NCBI GenBank assembly: GCA_002328025.1
Contig: DCVE01000014.1
Span: forward strand, 69,882-133,881
From: Patescibacteria group bacterium UBA2196
GTDB lineage: Bacteria; Patescibacteriota; Patescibacteriia; UBA2196
Direction: 5' to 3'
DNA: 64,000 bases
This document shows, in pieces, positions 38,051-47,864 of the stretch (its first letter is position 1; every line of letters begins with the position of its first letter). The notes under the pieces are model-generated. The model searched no databases and was not told where the DNA came from. It worked only from the letters and a program-made list of their open reading frames with translations. The position numbers and the translations under genes were made by a program.

Positions 38051-39049
38051 ATGAAAATTCACTACAAAATTTTTATTGGTGTGCTAATTATTTTTACTAT
38101 TTTTTTAATAATAGCCAATTTTAATTTTGGTTCTGATAATAAAATAATTTGGGGTGCTACATTTTCTAAACTGCAAGCCGAAGAATTGGGCATAAACTGG
38201 GTAATTGCCTATGGCGCCATGATTGATGAATTAAATTTAAAAACTGTCCGTTTGCCAGTCTATTGGCCGGATGTAGAAAAAAGCCCAGGAGTTTTTGATT
38301 TTTCAGCCTATGATTGGATGATTGAAAAGGCTTTAAAAAATGATGTTGAAATAGTGCCGGTATTGGGTCGGCGCGTGCCGCGTTGGCCAGAATGTCATAC
38401 GCCAGAGATGTATAAAAATCTAACCGCAGATGAAATAAAAATAAAAATTTTCGCTTTGCTTAAAGCTGAGGTGGAACATTTTAAAAAATATTCCAATATC
38501 AAAAAATGGCAGCTTGATAATGAACCGTTTGCCGATTTTTTTGGTCAGTGTCCTTTGGGCGAAGAAAGCTTGGTACGCGAAGAAGTGGCCTTGGTGCGTT
38601 CGCTTGATAAGCGTCCAGTTATGATTACCGAATCTGGTGAACTTTCCTTATGGTTTAAAGGTGCAAAAATTGGTGATTTTTTAGGTGTTTCCATGTATCG
38701 ACAAACTTGGAATAAAAGGTGGGGCTGGTTTAACTATCCTTTGCCACCAGCTTTTTATTATTTTAAAGCCAAAATAGTAAAACTTTTTACACCCGTTAAA
38801 AAAATTATCAACACTGAGCTGCAAGTGGAGCCCTGGGCCATTGATAATAATTTAACAAAGATGGACTTATTTGATCAATTTTATTCCATGGATTTAGCTC
38901 AAGTAAAAAGCAATGTCAAGTTTGCCCGCTCTGCTGGATTGGATGAAATTTATCTTTGGGGTGTGGAATGGTGGTGGTGGTTGGGTGAAAAAAAGGGGGA
39001 TTGGAGTTTTTGGGAATATGGTAAAACAATAAGTTCAGATAATTTTTAA
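38051..39049 (+). CDS. clan GH-A (GH5/cellulase-like TIM-barrel) glycoside hydrolase, membrane-anchored
   Basis: N-terminal TM, ...WQLDNEP (the NEP acid/base motif of GH-A enzymes) and ...VMITESG (candidate nucleophile Glu). Confidence 0.45.
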   Translation: MKIHYKIFIGVLIIFTIFLIIANFNFGSDNKIIWGATFSKLQAEELGINWVIAYGAMIDELNLKTVRLPVYWPDVEKSPGVFDFSAYDWMIEKALKNDVEIVPVLGRRVPRWPECHTPEMYKNLTADEIKIKIFALLKAEVEHFKKYSNIKKWQLDNEPFADFFGQCPLGEESLVREEVALVRSLDKRPVMITESGELSLWFKGAKIGDFLGVSMYRQTWNKRWGWFNYPLPPAFYYFKAKIVKLFTPVKKIINTELQVEPWAIDNNLTKMDLFDQFYSMDLAQVKSNVKFARSAGLDEIYLWGVEWWWWLGEKKGDWSFWEYGKTISSDNF

Positions 39050-39079
39050 TTAAATAGATAAAATAATTACATAATACGG

Positions 39080-39120
39080 GACAAAAATAAAACACCCCCG
39101 AAAAGATTGATGGGGGTGTC
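39080..39120 (-). terminator. terminator for the minus-strand GC-island gene
   Basis: Stem acaccccc / gggggtgt (8 bp). On the minus strand it is followed by TTTTATTTTTGT. Confidence 0.5.
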
Positions 39121-39156
39121 GTTGTTTTATGGTTAGAACGGAACGGGTAGTTGTAG

Positions 39157-39552
39157 CTACATCATTGGGTTTGCCCAGCCAGTGATTTCAACCTTCCAGC
39201 CGTGTAGTTCTATAACGACTGGAAACTTCTTTTGAAAACCCTCGGGCGTGGTGTAAGCAAAGTAATTGCTATACACCTCCAATATCACCAGACTCTCTGT
39301 GAGCCGGTGGACGTTGGCATAGTCACGGGCCACCAGATGCCCGTTTTTCAAAATATTCACCATACCGCTGCCGTCACAACAGGCGGTGACTGGCACAGGG
39401 ACCTCCATGGTGATGTACCACCCTATATTAACGTGGAGACTGAGCTCATTGAACCCAGCCTTAGTAATCGGGGTGGTGGCAGTGGTTTGGGCATTGGGGG
39501 CGGCCACGAATAGAGCCAGCAGCAGAACACACAACAATGCGAATTTTTTCAT
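39157..39552 (-). CDS. small secreted protein of unknown function on a GC-rich island next to tRNA-Pro
   Basis: Signal peptide MKKFALLCVLLLALFVAAPNAQ. 131 aa with vicinal Cys (TACCDG). Canonical SD GGAGGatgtcATG. Local GC is far above the flanks. Confidence 0.45.
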   Translation of the reverse strand: MKKFALLCVLLLALFVAAPNAQTTATTPITKAGFNELSLHVNIGWYITMEVPVPVTACCDGSGMVNILKNGHLVARDYANVHRLTESLVILEVYSNYFAYTTPEGFQKKFPVVIELHGWKVEITGWANPMM

Positions 39553-39766
39553 GACATCCTCCGAACAAATAGATTATGCAACGATTCCACGAATTATCTT
39601 TAGAATAACAGAGAGAGAGATTTGTCAAGAGTAGTTGGTAATGTGCACACACAATTGAGATTTTGTGTAAAATTAGATAAATTTTGGATATTGGTGATGT
39701 TTTAAAAACACATAAAACTAGTTTGTTTTTTTTAATAAATTAAGGTAAAATTTAAAGGTAAATTAA

Positions 39767-39840
39767 CGGGATATAGCGCAGTTGGCTAGCGCGCGTCGTT
39801 CGGGACGACGAGGTCGCCGGTTCGAGTCCGGCTATCCCGA
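39767..39840 (+). tRNA. tRNA-Pro (anticodon CGG)
   Basis: Manual cloverleaf: acceptor CGGGATA/TATCCCG, D-arm GCGC-AGTTGGCTA-GCGC, anticodon arm CGTCG-TTCGGGA-CGACG (CGG at 34-36), variable loop AGGTC, T-arm GCCGG-TTCGAGT-CCGGC, discriminator A. 74 nt, no encoded CCA. Confidence 0.85.
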
Positions 39841-39910
39841 TAAAACTGTTTAATATAATTAATCTTGCTAAAAATATTTTTTAAATTTTTTGGCAAGAAC
39901 AAAGATACAT

Positions 39911-40048
39911 ATGGAAGATGAACAAAAAAAATGCACAGCCTGTGGTACCATAATTACTGACGAAACAAAATGCACCTGTAGTGAAAACTTGTGCGCTGGT
40001 TGTTGCACTTGTGACCCAGATTGCGCTTGTGGTTGTCAGGATAAATAG
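39911..40048 (+). CDS. 45-aa cysteine-rich (metallothionein-like) small protein
   Basis: MEDEQKKCTACGTIITDETKCTCSENLCAGCCTCDPDCACGCQDK: 11 Cys in 45 aa as CxxC, CxC, CxxCCxC and CxCxC clusters. Ends 7 nt before rarA. Not in the ORF track (<60 aa). Overlaps an antisense track ORF. Confidence 0.4.
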   Translation: MEDEQKKCTACGTIITDETKCTCSENLCAGCCTCDPDCACGCQDK

Positions 40049-40054
40049 ATTTCT

Positions 40055-41311
40055 ATGGATCTTTTTGACGAACACTATCAAAAAGACTTAGCCGCAAAAG
40101 CGCCGCTGGCCGATCGTCTTCGTCCAGCGGCGCTAGTTGATTATGTGGGTCAAGAGGAAATTGTCGGTCCAGGTTCTTTGTTGCGGCAAGCCATAGAAAA
40201 CGACGAATTACCATCCATGATTTTGTGGGGCCCGCCCGGCAGCGGCAAAACCACCCTGGCGCGTATCATTGCTCAATTTACCAACTCTTTTTTTGTAGAA
40301 ATTTCTGCTGTTACTTCTGGTGTTAAAGATTTGCGCGAAATAATTACTCAAGCAACTAATAAACGTAAACTTAATAATCAACGCACCATTCTTTTTGTTG
40401 ATGAAATCCATCGCTGGAACAAGGCTCAGCAAGATGGGCTTTTGCCCTTGGTAGAGAAGGGAATTATTACTTTAATTGGCGCCACCACTGAAAACCCATC
40501 TTTTGAAGTCATTGCACCTTTATTATCACGCTCACGAGTATATGTATTAAAGCCACTATCAATACCCAATCTGCAAACAATTATTAAACGGGCTTTAAGT
40601 AATTCAGAAAAAGGATTGGCCGAGTATCAAGCACAGTTGGATCCGCAAGCTGAAGTATTTTTATTGCAATCCAGTAATGGTGATGCGCGTGTTATTTTAA
40701 ATGCTTTAGAAATTGCTGTTAAAAATACCAACCCCAATTCTCAAGGAAAAAGACTAGTTAATAAAAAAATAATCGCTGAAGCATTACAGCAGCAAACCAT
40801 GCTCTATGACCGTGCGGGCGAAGAACACTACAATATTATTTCTGCTTTACATAAATCCATGCGCGGCAATAATCCGCACGCAGCTGTTTATTGGTTAGCT
40901 AGAATGTTAGAAGCTGGGGAAGATCCATTATATATCGCACGGCGTTTGGTGCGTTTTGCTGCCGAAGATGTGGGATTGGCTGACAATTTTGCTGTCGTTT
41001 TAGCCAACGCTATTTTTGATGCTTGTCATAAACTGGGTATGCCAGAATGTAATGTTCATCTCACTCAGTTGGTTATTTATTTAGCACAAGCTAAAAAAAG
41101 CATCACAACTTATCAAGCTTATGGCGCTGCACAAAAGGACGTCAAAGAATTAGGCTATTTGCCCGTGCCACTGCATTTGCGCAATGCTCCAACCAAACTA
41201 ATGAAAGACCTAAATTACGGTAAAGATTATAAATATACCCCCCTGGAAAATTCACCAGACCAAGAGTATTTCCCAGAAGAATTAAAGGGTAGAAAATATT
41301 ACAGTGAATAA
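40055..41311 (+). CDS. rarA: replication-associated recombination protein A (AAA+ ATPase RarA/MgsA)
   Basis: ILWGPPGSGKTTLARIIA Walker A, LFVDEIHRWNKAQQD Walker B/sensor, and the MgsA C-terminal domains. Confidence 0.9.
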   Translation: MDLFDEHYQKDLAAKAPLADRLRPAALVDYVGQEEIVGPGSLLRQAIENDELPSMILWGPPGSGKTTLARIIAQFTNSFFVEISAVTSGVKDLREIITQATNKRKLNNQRTILFVDEIHRWNKAQQDGLLPLVEKGIITLIGATTENPSFEVIAPLLSRSRVYVLKPLSIPNLQTIIKRALSNSEKGLAEYQAQLDPQAEVFLLQSSNGDARVILNALEIAVKNTNPNSQGKRLVNKKIIAEALQQQTMLYDRAGEEHYNIISALHKSMRGNNPHAAVYWLARMLEAGEDPLYIARRLVRFAAEDVGLADNFAVVLANAIFDACHKLGMPECNVHLTQLVIYLAQAKKSITTYQAYGAAQKDVKELGYLPVPLHLRNAPTKLMKDLNYGKDYKYTPLENSPDQEYFPEELKGRKYYSE

Positions 41312-41397
41312 TTTTTGAATTAAAAGGACAATATTAAGGGATAAAATGGCTTTAAAAGGCTGTTTTTTGTTTCTACAACCCATGTGGATAAGTATCA

Positions 41398-41426
41398 TTG
41401 ACATAATTAGCTATATGTGATATTAT
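41398..41426 (+). promoter_or_regulatory. sigma70-like promoter (TTGACA-N17-TATTAT) for the GT4 gene
   Basis: TTGACA 41398-41403 and TATTAT 41421-41426. Confidence 0.4.
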
Positions 41427-41466
41427 TTTATATTACTAATTATAAATAATAATAATTCATTAGCAT

Positions 41467-42675
41467 ATGTTAAAAATCGCTTATATTGGTCAAAAAGGTA
41501 TTCTTAACCCTTCTGGTGGAGGTGTAGAAACTCATGTGGAAGAACTTAGCGTACGTATGGCTAAGAAGGGTTTTGATGTCTTTTTATATACTCGACCGCA
41601 CTACACACCCAAAGAATACAAAAAATATGAAGGCGTTAATTTAATTAGCTTACCTTCTATATACACCAAACACCTGGACGCTGGTTCGCATACTTTTTTA
41701 GCTATTTTGCATGCTATAAAAAATAAAGTTGATATAATTCATATTCACGGTATTGGACCGGCTTGGCTTTGTTTTATTCCCAGAATAATTGCTCCCAAAA
41801 TTAAAGTTATAGTCACTGCTCACAGTGAAGATTGGGAACATAAAAAATGGGGTGTTTTTGCTCAGTTTATGCTTAAGTTTGGCGCGCTGATGTCGGCTGT
41901 TTTTGCCCACGAAGTTATTACTGTTTCCAAAAAATTGCAAAAAAGATATCTAACATTATATAAACGTTCCATAACTTTAATTCCCAACGGTGTGACTACG
42001 CGTCAAAACAGCGATATAGATGATCGTTTAATTAAACAATTCAATTTAACCAGAGAAAAATATATTTTGACAGTTTCGCGTCTGGTGAGACACAAGGGTA
42101 TCCACTATTTAGTTGAGGCTTTTAAAAAAGTTAAACTTAATCCCGAATTTGCTGATTTTAAATTAGTCATTGTTGGTCAAACCTCTTTTACAGATGATTA
42201 TTACGAATTTTTAAAAAGTTTAGTTAATGGTCGCAATGACATAATTTTTACCGGTGGCCAACGTGGTGAAATGTTGGAACAATTGTATACTCATAGCTAC
42301 ATGTATGTTTCTCCATCTCAATCTGAGGGCCTTTCCATCTCTCTTTTGGAAGCTATGGCTTATGCTAAACCAGTTTTAGTATCTGATATCTCAGCCAATG
42401 CTGATTTGGTGGCTGGTGATGCTAGTTTGGGTGGGGTGGGTTTTATTTTTCGCAACACGGATATTAATGATTTAACTTATAAAATGGTTTTACTTTTAAC
42501 GCACGCACAGGTGGCTAGAAAGGTTGGCAAGAAAGCTAGAAGTTATGTTAAAACTTATTATAATTGGGAAGATGTTGTGGATAGAATTACCAAGATTTAC
42601 AAAAGCTTGGTTTTAATTAAAGATAAAACCAAAAAGATAAAATCCGTCAGTTCTGAAAAGGTAGCCTGGGCTTAA
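41467..42675 (+). CDS. family 4 (GT-B) glycosyltransferase
   Basis: The N-terminus ...IGQKGILNPSGGGVETHVEEL and the C-terminal EX7E-type region (SQSEGLSISLLEAMAY) fit the GT4 fold. Confidence 0.75.
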   Translation: MLKIAYIGQKGILNPSGGGVETHVEELSVRMAKKGFDVFLYTRPHYTPKEYKKYEGVNLISLPSIYTKHLDAGSHTFLAILHAIKNKVDIIHIHGIGPAWLCFIPRIIAPKIKVIVTAHSEDWEHKKWGVFAQFMLKFGALMSAVFAHEVITVSKKLQKRYLTLYKRSITLIPNGVTTRQNSDIDDRLIKQFNLTREKYILTVSRLVRHKGIHYLVEAFKKVKLNPEFADFKLVIVGQTSFTDDYYEFLKSLVNGRNDIIFTGGQRGEMLEQLYTHSYMYVSPSQSEGLSISLLEAMAYAKPVLVSDISANADLVAGDASLGGVGFIFRNTDINDLTYKMVLLLTHAQVARKVGKKARSYVKTYYNWEDVVDRITKIYKSLVLIKDKTKKIKSVSSEKVAWA

Positions 42676-42702
42676 TGTATTAATTTGTATTTTTTCTAAA
42701 AA

Positions 42703-42740
42703 ATAACCACTTATTTTATGTGGTTATTTTTTTATTTTAT
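42703..42740 (+). terminator. rho-independent terminator after the GT4 gene
   Basis: Stem ataaccac / gtggttat, 9-nt loop, then TTTTTTTATTTT. Confidence 0.5.
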
Positions 42741-42798
42741 ATTAGACAAAAAAGTATCTTAGTGCTAAACTTTAGGTACTAAAATAGTCATTATTATT

Positions 42799-43839
42799 AT
42801 GTTTAAAGCTGTTTTTGTTAAGTTTTCACACGATCTAGGAATTGATTTAGGCACTACTAATACCCTGGTTTATGTGCGTGGTAAAGGCATTATTATTAAT
42901 CAACCCTCAGTGGTTGCCATTAACACTAAAACAGATAGAATTTTAGCGGTTGGTGATGAGGCTAGAAAAATGTTAGGTAAAACCCCACCGCACATCATTG
43001 TTTCCAAACCCCTGGTTAATGGAATTATTTCTGATTTTGAAGTAACAGAAAAGATGCTCAAATATTTTATTGATCAGGTGCATCGCCAAGCCTATAGTGT
43101 TTTATCACGCCCCCGTGTAGTAATAGGTATTCCGCTTGAAATTACCGAAGTTGAAAAAAAAGCTGTTGAAGATGCGGCACTTTCAGCTGGAGCCAGAGAG
43201 GTTTTTTTAGTCGAAGAGCCAATGGCGGCTGCCATTGGCGCTCGTTTGCCCATTCAAGAGGCCGTGGGGAATATGGTGGTTGATATTGGTGGCGGCACCA
43301 CACAAATTGCCGTCATGTCTTTGGGTGGGGTAGTCGCCAGCAAGTCTTTACCCATTGGTGGTGATGAGTTTAATGTTGATATTATTCAATATGTGCGCGA
43401 TAAGTTTAATTTATACATCGGTGAGATGACGGCTGAAGAAATAAAAATTAAAATTGGCTCGGTAATTTATGAAGATCGTGGTTTAGAAATGGAAGTTCGG
43501 GGTCGCGACGTACTTTCTGGCTTGCCACGTATCAATAAAATTTCCAGTGCTCATATTCGTGAAGCTATTTTTAAACCCATTCGTACAATTATTGAAAACA
43601 TCAAATACACAGTCGAAAACACACCCCCAGAATTGGTTTCGGAAATCTATGAGCGGGGTATTCTTTTAACTGGCGGTGGAGCTCTTTTTCGCGGGTTACC
43701 AGATTTAATTAAAGAAGAAACAAAAATTCCAACCCAAGTTTTGGATGATCCCCTAACTTCAGTGGTGCGTGGCGCTGGAATTATTTTGGAAGATCTTGAG
43801 GGTTTATCCAATATTTTGGTACCCACAATGAAGGATTAA
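42799..43839 (+). CDS. mreB: rod shape-determining protein MreB
   Basis: Actin-fold motifs [14 protein letters not shown], ...VDIGGGTTQIAV and LTGGGALFRGL. Confidence 0.9.
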   Translation: MFKAVFVKFSHDLGIDLGTTNTLVYVRGKGIIINQPSVVAINTKTDRILAVGDEARKMLGKTPPHIIVSKPLVNGIISDFEVTEKMLKYFIDQVHRQAYSVLSRPRVVIGIPLEITEVEKKAVEDAALSAGAREVFLVEEPMAAAIGARLPIQEAVGNMVVDIGGGTTQIAVMSLGGVVASKSLPIGGDEFNVDIIQYVRDKFNLYIGEMTAEEIKIKIGSVIYEDRGLEMEVRGRDVLSGLPRINKISSAHIREAIFKPIRTIIENIKYTVENTPPELVSEIYERGILLTGGGALFRGLPDLIKEETKIPTQVLDDPLTSVVRGAGIILEDLEGLSNILVPTMKD

Positions 43840-43842
43840 AAT

Positions 43843-44640
43843 ATGGCTCAAAAGTTTTATAAAAAAAGTTTTTTCTTTTTGGTGGTAATATTTTTTTTTA
43901 TCCTGTTGTATTATATTGGGTTATTTAAACCGCTCAGAACCACCACTGGTCAAATTTTAAAACATCCTTTAAGTTGGTCCTATTCGGTTGGTCGGCGAGT
44001 TTCTTCTTTTTTTGATATTTTTAAGAATAATTCCTCTTTAATTAAAAACAACCAAGCATTGAGTGATAAGTTGGTTATTTTAGAACAAGAAAATATTGAC
44101 TTAAAAAAAATTATTGAGCAAAAATACGTTAGTGATGAGGAGTTGGCATATTTGAGTCAACAAAATATTAAAGCTGTGACTGCCAAAATTATTTCTCGGG
44201 GTATATCTGGTAATATTAACACCATAATTATAAACAGAGGCCAAGCTGATGGTTTGCAAGCGGGGATGGTAATCACAGCAAAAAATGGCTTGGTTTTAGG
44301 TAAAATAATAAAAGTTGAAGATAAGCTGGCACATGTATTACTTCTAACCGATTCAAATTCGCGTCTCAGCGCGGCCAGTAATAGTGATAAAACATTGGTT
44401 GGTATAATCCGTGGTAATTTTGATTTAAGTTTAAAATTAGAATACATTTTAAGGGATAAAAACATTGCAGTCAATGATTTAATCATCACTTCTGGCCAAG
44501 AAGAATTGGTTCCATCTGGTCTTATTATTGGTACTGTGGATGAGATTTTTGAAGATTCTCGTGAACTTTTTAAAACAGCACGTATTGTGCAACCGGAAAC
44601 TATTTCTAATATTGATATTGTGAATGTAATTGTGCCTTAA
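43843..44640 (+). CDS. mreC: rod shape-determining protein MreC
   Basis: N-terminal TM, a coiled coil (LVILEQENIDLKKIIE) and a beta-rich core (...GMVITAKNGLVLGKIIKV...). Confidence 0.75.
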   Translation: MAQKFYKKSFFFLVVIFFFILLYYIGLFKPLRTTTGQILKHPLSWSYSVGRRVSSFFDIFKNNSSLIKNNQALSDKLVILEQENIDLKKIIEQKYVSDEELAYLSQQNIKAVTAKIISRGISGNINTIIINRGQADGLQAGMVITAKNGLVLGKIIKVEDKLAHVLLLTDSNSRLSAASNSDKTLVGIIRGNFDLSLKLEYILRDKNIAVNDLIITSGQEELVPSGLIIGTVDEIFEDSRELFKTARIVQPETISNIDIVNVIVP

Positions 44641-44645
44641 AAACT

Positions 44646-45152
44646 ATGTTTAAAAAAATATTTATTAACATTATTTTAATTTTAATTGTTTATTTTTTTT
44701 GTGTTTCTTTTTTATCATCTTTTTGGCCGTTCACTAACTTGTTTTTACCGCTATTGGTTTTTGTGTTAATGTTTTTTGAAAATCGTTTAGCCATACTGTG
44801 GTCATGCGGAGCTGGATTTTTATTAGACGTGATTTCACCCCTTCCGTTTGGTTCATATTTGTTATTTTTTTGTTTAATTTATTTAATTTTAAAATATCTA
44901 AATCAAAATTTTTTTACCAATCAGTCTCTGAATACTTTTTTTGTCCTTACTCTAGTGGGTAATACTTTTTTATTATTTTTTTTATTTTTAGAAAAAAATA
45001 TTTTAGCGCTTTTCGATAATAATTTTTTTATTGTTTTTTATTTTTGGCAAATAGCCATGCAACTAGTTTTAAATTTTTTAGTTTGTATCATCTTATTTTT
45101 TACTCTTCGTTTTTTTACCAATCGCTTACGTCTCGATTTATTACCGCGTTAA
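44646..45152 (+). CDS. mreD: probable MreD (polytopic membrane protein following mreBC)
   Basis: 168 aa and very hydrophobic. The call rests on position after mreC rather than on motifs. Confidence 0.45.
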   Translation: MFKKIFINIILILIVYFFCVSFLSSFWPFTNLFLPLLVFVLMFFENRLAILWSCGAGFLLDVISPLPFGSYLLFFCLIYLILKYLNQNFFTNQSLNTFFVLTLVGNTFLLFFLFLEKNILALFDNNFFIVFYFWQIAMQLVLNFLVCIILFFTLRFFTNRLRLDLLPR

Positions 45153-45155
45153 TCT

Positions 45156-46253
45156 ATGTTGAATAAACAACAAAAAATTTTAGTTGCTATGTCTGGCGGA
45201 GTTGATTCGGCTGTTGCTGCCGCACTACTAAAACAACAAGGCTTTGACGTTACGGGTGTTTTTATGATTAATTGGCATGAAAAAAACGAATTAATACCAA
45301 TCGGCACTTGCGCATGGGAACAAGATCAGGCTGATGTCCGTCGAGTGGCTGAAATTTTGGGTATCAAGATTTATACCTGGGATTTTAGTGTGGCCTATCA
45401 AAAATATATTTTCTCATATTTCTTGCAGGCTTATGAGCAAGGATTAACTCCCAATCCAGATACTTTATGCAATAAATATATTAAATTTGGTTTATTTTTA
45501 GAACAAGCCAAACAATTGGGTTTTGATAAAATTGCCACCGGACATTATGCCAAAATAATTAAAAAAAACGACTACAAACTAATAACTGCTAAAGACAAAA
45601 ATAAAGATCAAACCTATTTTCTTTATGAATTGGGCCAAAAAGAATTAGCCCAAGTTATGTTTCCACTAGCTGATTTAAAAAAAGAAAAAGTTCGTCGCTT
45701 AGCACGGAATTTAAATTTGCCGGTGTGTTATAAAAAAGATAGTTATGGTATTTGTTATATTGGTGAAAAAAAAATGAAAGATTTTTTAGCCCCATTTATT
45801 AAAGAAAATCCAGGTGAGATTGTCGATGAAAACAACCATCTTTTAGGCCAGCATACTGGTTTGTTTAATTATACTCTGGGCCAACGGCAGGGCATCGGTG
45901 TTGGTGGTGGTAGGGGTCCATTTTTTGTCTTAAAAAAGGACCAACTAAATAATCGTTTGATAGTTACTAATAATACTCACCACCCCGATTTTTATACTTG
46001 TCATATTAAACTTAAGCAGGTAAACTGGATAATCGGTTTTCAACCAACTTTACCTTTAAGGTGTTGGGGACGTTTTCGTCATTTACAGAGCTTGTTCCCC
46101 TTAACTATAGAGGAAAATAAAAACGCAAACTTGGTGGTTAAATTCAAACAACCACAAAAGGCTGTCGCAAGTGGGCAGGTTTTGGTTTTTTATCAACCAC
46201 TCAATCTGTGGCGCAGAAATTATCAGGTTATGGGTGGTGGCATAATAGCCTGA
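45156..46253 (+). CDS. mnmA: tRNA-specific 2-thiouridylase MnmA
   Basis: PP-loop VAMSGGVDSAV and the catalytic Cys regions (CNKYIKFG, ...GICYIGE). Confidence 0.9.
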   Translation: MLNKQQKILVAMSGGVDSAVAAALLKQQGFDVTGVFMINWHEKNELIPIGTCAWEQDQADVRRVAEILGIKIYTWDFSVAYQKYIFSYFLQAYEQGLTPNPDTLCNKYIKFGLFLEQAKQLGFDKIATGHYAKIIKKNDYKLITAKDKNKDQTYFLYELGQKELAQVMFPLADLKKEKVRRLARNLNLPVCYKKDSYGICYIGEKKMKDFLAPFIKENPGEIVDENNHLLGQHTGLFNYTLGQRQGIGVGGGRGPFFVLKKDQLNNRLIVTNNTHHPDFYTCHIKLKQVNWIIGFQPTLPLRCWGRFRHLQSLFPLTIEENKNANLVVKFKQPQKAVASGQVLVFYQPLNLWRRNYQVMGGGIIA

Positions 46254-46283
46254 CCGTGTGATTGATATTATAAATTTATTACT

Positions 46284-47789
46284 ATGTTAACAACGACAAA
46301 ATATCGTCTCTTAGAGATTATTCCTGGCGCAACATTGTGGCTAAGTTTTTTATTAGTTATTAGTTTGTCTTTTGTCAAGCCTTTGTGGATTATCTATTTT
46401 ATCTTGGTTTATGATTTGTATTGGTTTATTAGGATTGCCTATTTTGTGCTCTATTTGTTTATTTCTCTAAGACGTTATCGCGCGGTTAATAAAATTAACT
46501 GGCTGGATGAAGTAAAAAAAATTGGTAATTATGAAAAATATTATCATGTAGTTATTATGGCTACTTACAGAGAAAATTATAAAGTTTTACATACCACCAT
46601 GCAGGGTTTGGTTAATTCAAATTATGATACCAAAAAATTAATAATTATTTTTACTAGAGAATGTGGGCAACGTGCCGGGCAGGCTTTTGAAGAAGAATTT
46701 CATCAATCAATGCGCAAGATAAAACAAGAATTTGATGGCAAATTTTATAATATTTTAGGCTATATTCATCCTTTACCTCCTCCAGATGAATTACAAGGAA
46801 AGGGTTCTAACTGCACTTGGGCTATGAAAAAATTTAAAGCAGAAGTGGTTGATGCAGAAAATATTCCTGTAGAAGATATCGTTGTTTCCAATTTTGATTC
46901 AGATACTTATATTTATCCACAATATTTTGCCAGATTAACCTATCTTTGGCTAACCGCGGATAATCCCCATAAACATTCCTATCAACCATTAACTTTATAC
47001 AATAATAATATTTGGGATGCGCCGTCTTTTGCCAGGGTTGTGGCTAGCTCTACCACCTTTTGGCTTATGGCTGATAAAGCCAGGCCTGAAAGGTTGTTTA
47101 CATTTTCTTCCCACTCCATGAGTTTTAAAACTTTAATAGAGGTTGGCTATTGGGAAACAAATATTGTAACAGAAGATTCACGGATTTTTTTACAGTGTTT
47201 TGTGCATTTTAATGGTGATTATTCCACCATTCCTATGCACGTGCCAATTTCTATGGATACAGTTATGGGCGAAACTTTGTGGCAGACAATAAAGGGACAA
47301 TATAAACAAATGCGCCGTTGGGCTTGGTCAGTAGAACATTTTCCTTGGATGATCACTAGATTTTTTAATAATAAAAACATTCCTTGGTTAAAAAAATTTA
47401 GATATTTATTTAATCAAACTGAGGGGCAATTTTCTTGGGCGACCGGTCCAATATTTATGTTAGTTTTGGGACGCCTGCCTTTGTATGTTGCTTCATATAG
47501 ACACATGGAAAGTGCTTTAGTACAAAACGCGCCTTTTATTATGGAATTTATTATGGTCCTAGCTATGGCGGGCGTGGTTTTTTCCGCGGTTATTAATGTT
47601 TTTTTTCTACCAGACAGACCGGCAAAATATAAAAAAATAAAATGGCTAGCCATGATTTTGCAATGGTTCCTTCTACCTATAACCATGATTGCTTTTGGCT
47701 CTATTCCAGCCACCGATGCTCAAACTCGTTTAATGTTGGGTGGTAAATTTAGATTGGGGTTTGATGTTACTCAAAAACACAGAAGATAA
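46284..47789 (+). CDS. membrane-embedded processive family-2 glycosyltransferase (CesA/chitin-synthase-like)
   Basis: N-terminal TMs. A GT-A core with ...NFDSDTYI (DxD) and the processive-GT2 Q(Q/R)xRW motif (GQYKQMRRWAWS). C-terminal TMs. Confidence 0.6.
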   Translation: MLTTTKYRLLEIIPGATLWLSFLLVISLSFVKPLWIIYFILVYDLYWFIRIAYFVLYLFISLRRYRAVNKINWLDEVKKIGNYEKYYHVVIMATYRENYKVLHTTMQGLVNSNYDTKKLIIIFTRECGQRAGQAFEEEFHQSMRKIKQEFDGKFYNILGYIHPLPPPDELQGKGSNCTWAMKKFKAEVVDAENIPVEDIVVSNFDSDTYIYPQYFARLTYLWLTADNPHKHSYQPLTLYNNNIWDAPSFARVVASSTTFWLMADKARPERLFTFSSHSMSFKTLIEVGYWETNIVTEDSRIFLQCFVHFNGDYSTIPMHVPISMDTVMGETLWQTIKGQYKQMRRWAWSVEHFPWMITRFFNNKNIPWLKKFRYLFNQTEGQFSWATGPIFMLVLGRLPLYVASYRHMESALVQNAPFIMEFIMVLAMAGVVFSAVINVFFLPDRPAKYKKIKWLAMILQWFLLPITMIAFGSIPATDAQTRLMLGGKFRLGFDVTQKHRR

Positions 47790-47864
47790 AAAATAAAACT
47801 TGAATTTAAAGTAAAAAAGAGCTAGAATTATAATTAATAAAACAAAAAGTAAAACGGGTATTAT

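Noticed and set aside
39232-39652. Three small ORFs (39232-39513 +, 39386-39634 +, 39461-39652 -) within the GC island
   Set aside because: They overlap the signal-peptide-bearing minus-strand gene and are explained by the high GC of the island.
39881-40081. 66-aa minus-strand track ORF
   Set aside because: It overlaps the plus-strand Cys-rich ORF and the rarA start. It is featureless. The plus-strand peptide has a striking, non-random Cys pattern, so that one is preferred.
42745-42790. CIRCE-like half sites (TTAGTGCTAA / TTAGGTACTAA) upstream of mreB
   Set aside because: They are a direct repeat, not an inverted repeat. They do not match the CIRCE 9-N9-9 geometry. The region is a probable promoter with no clear operator.
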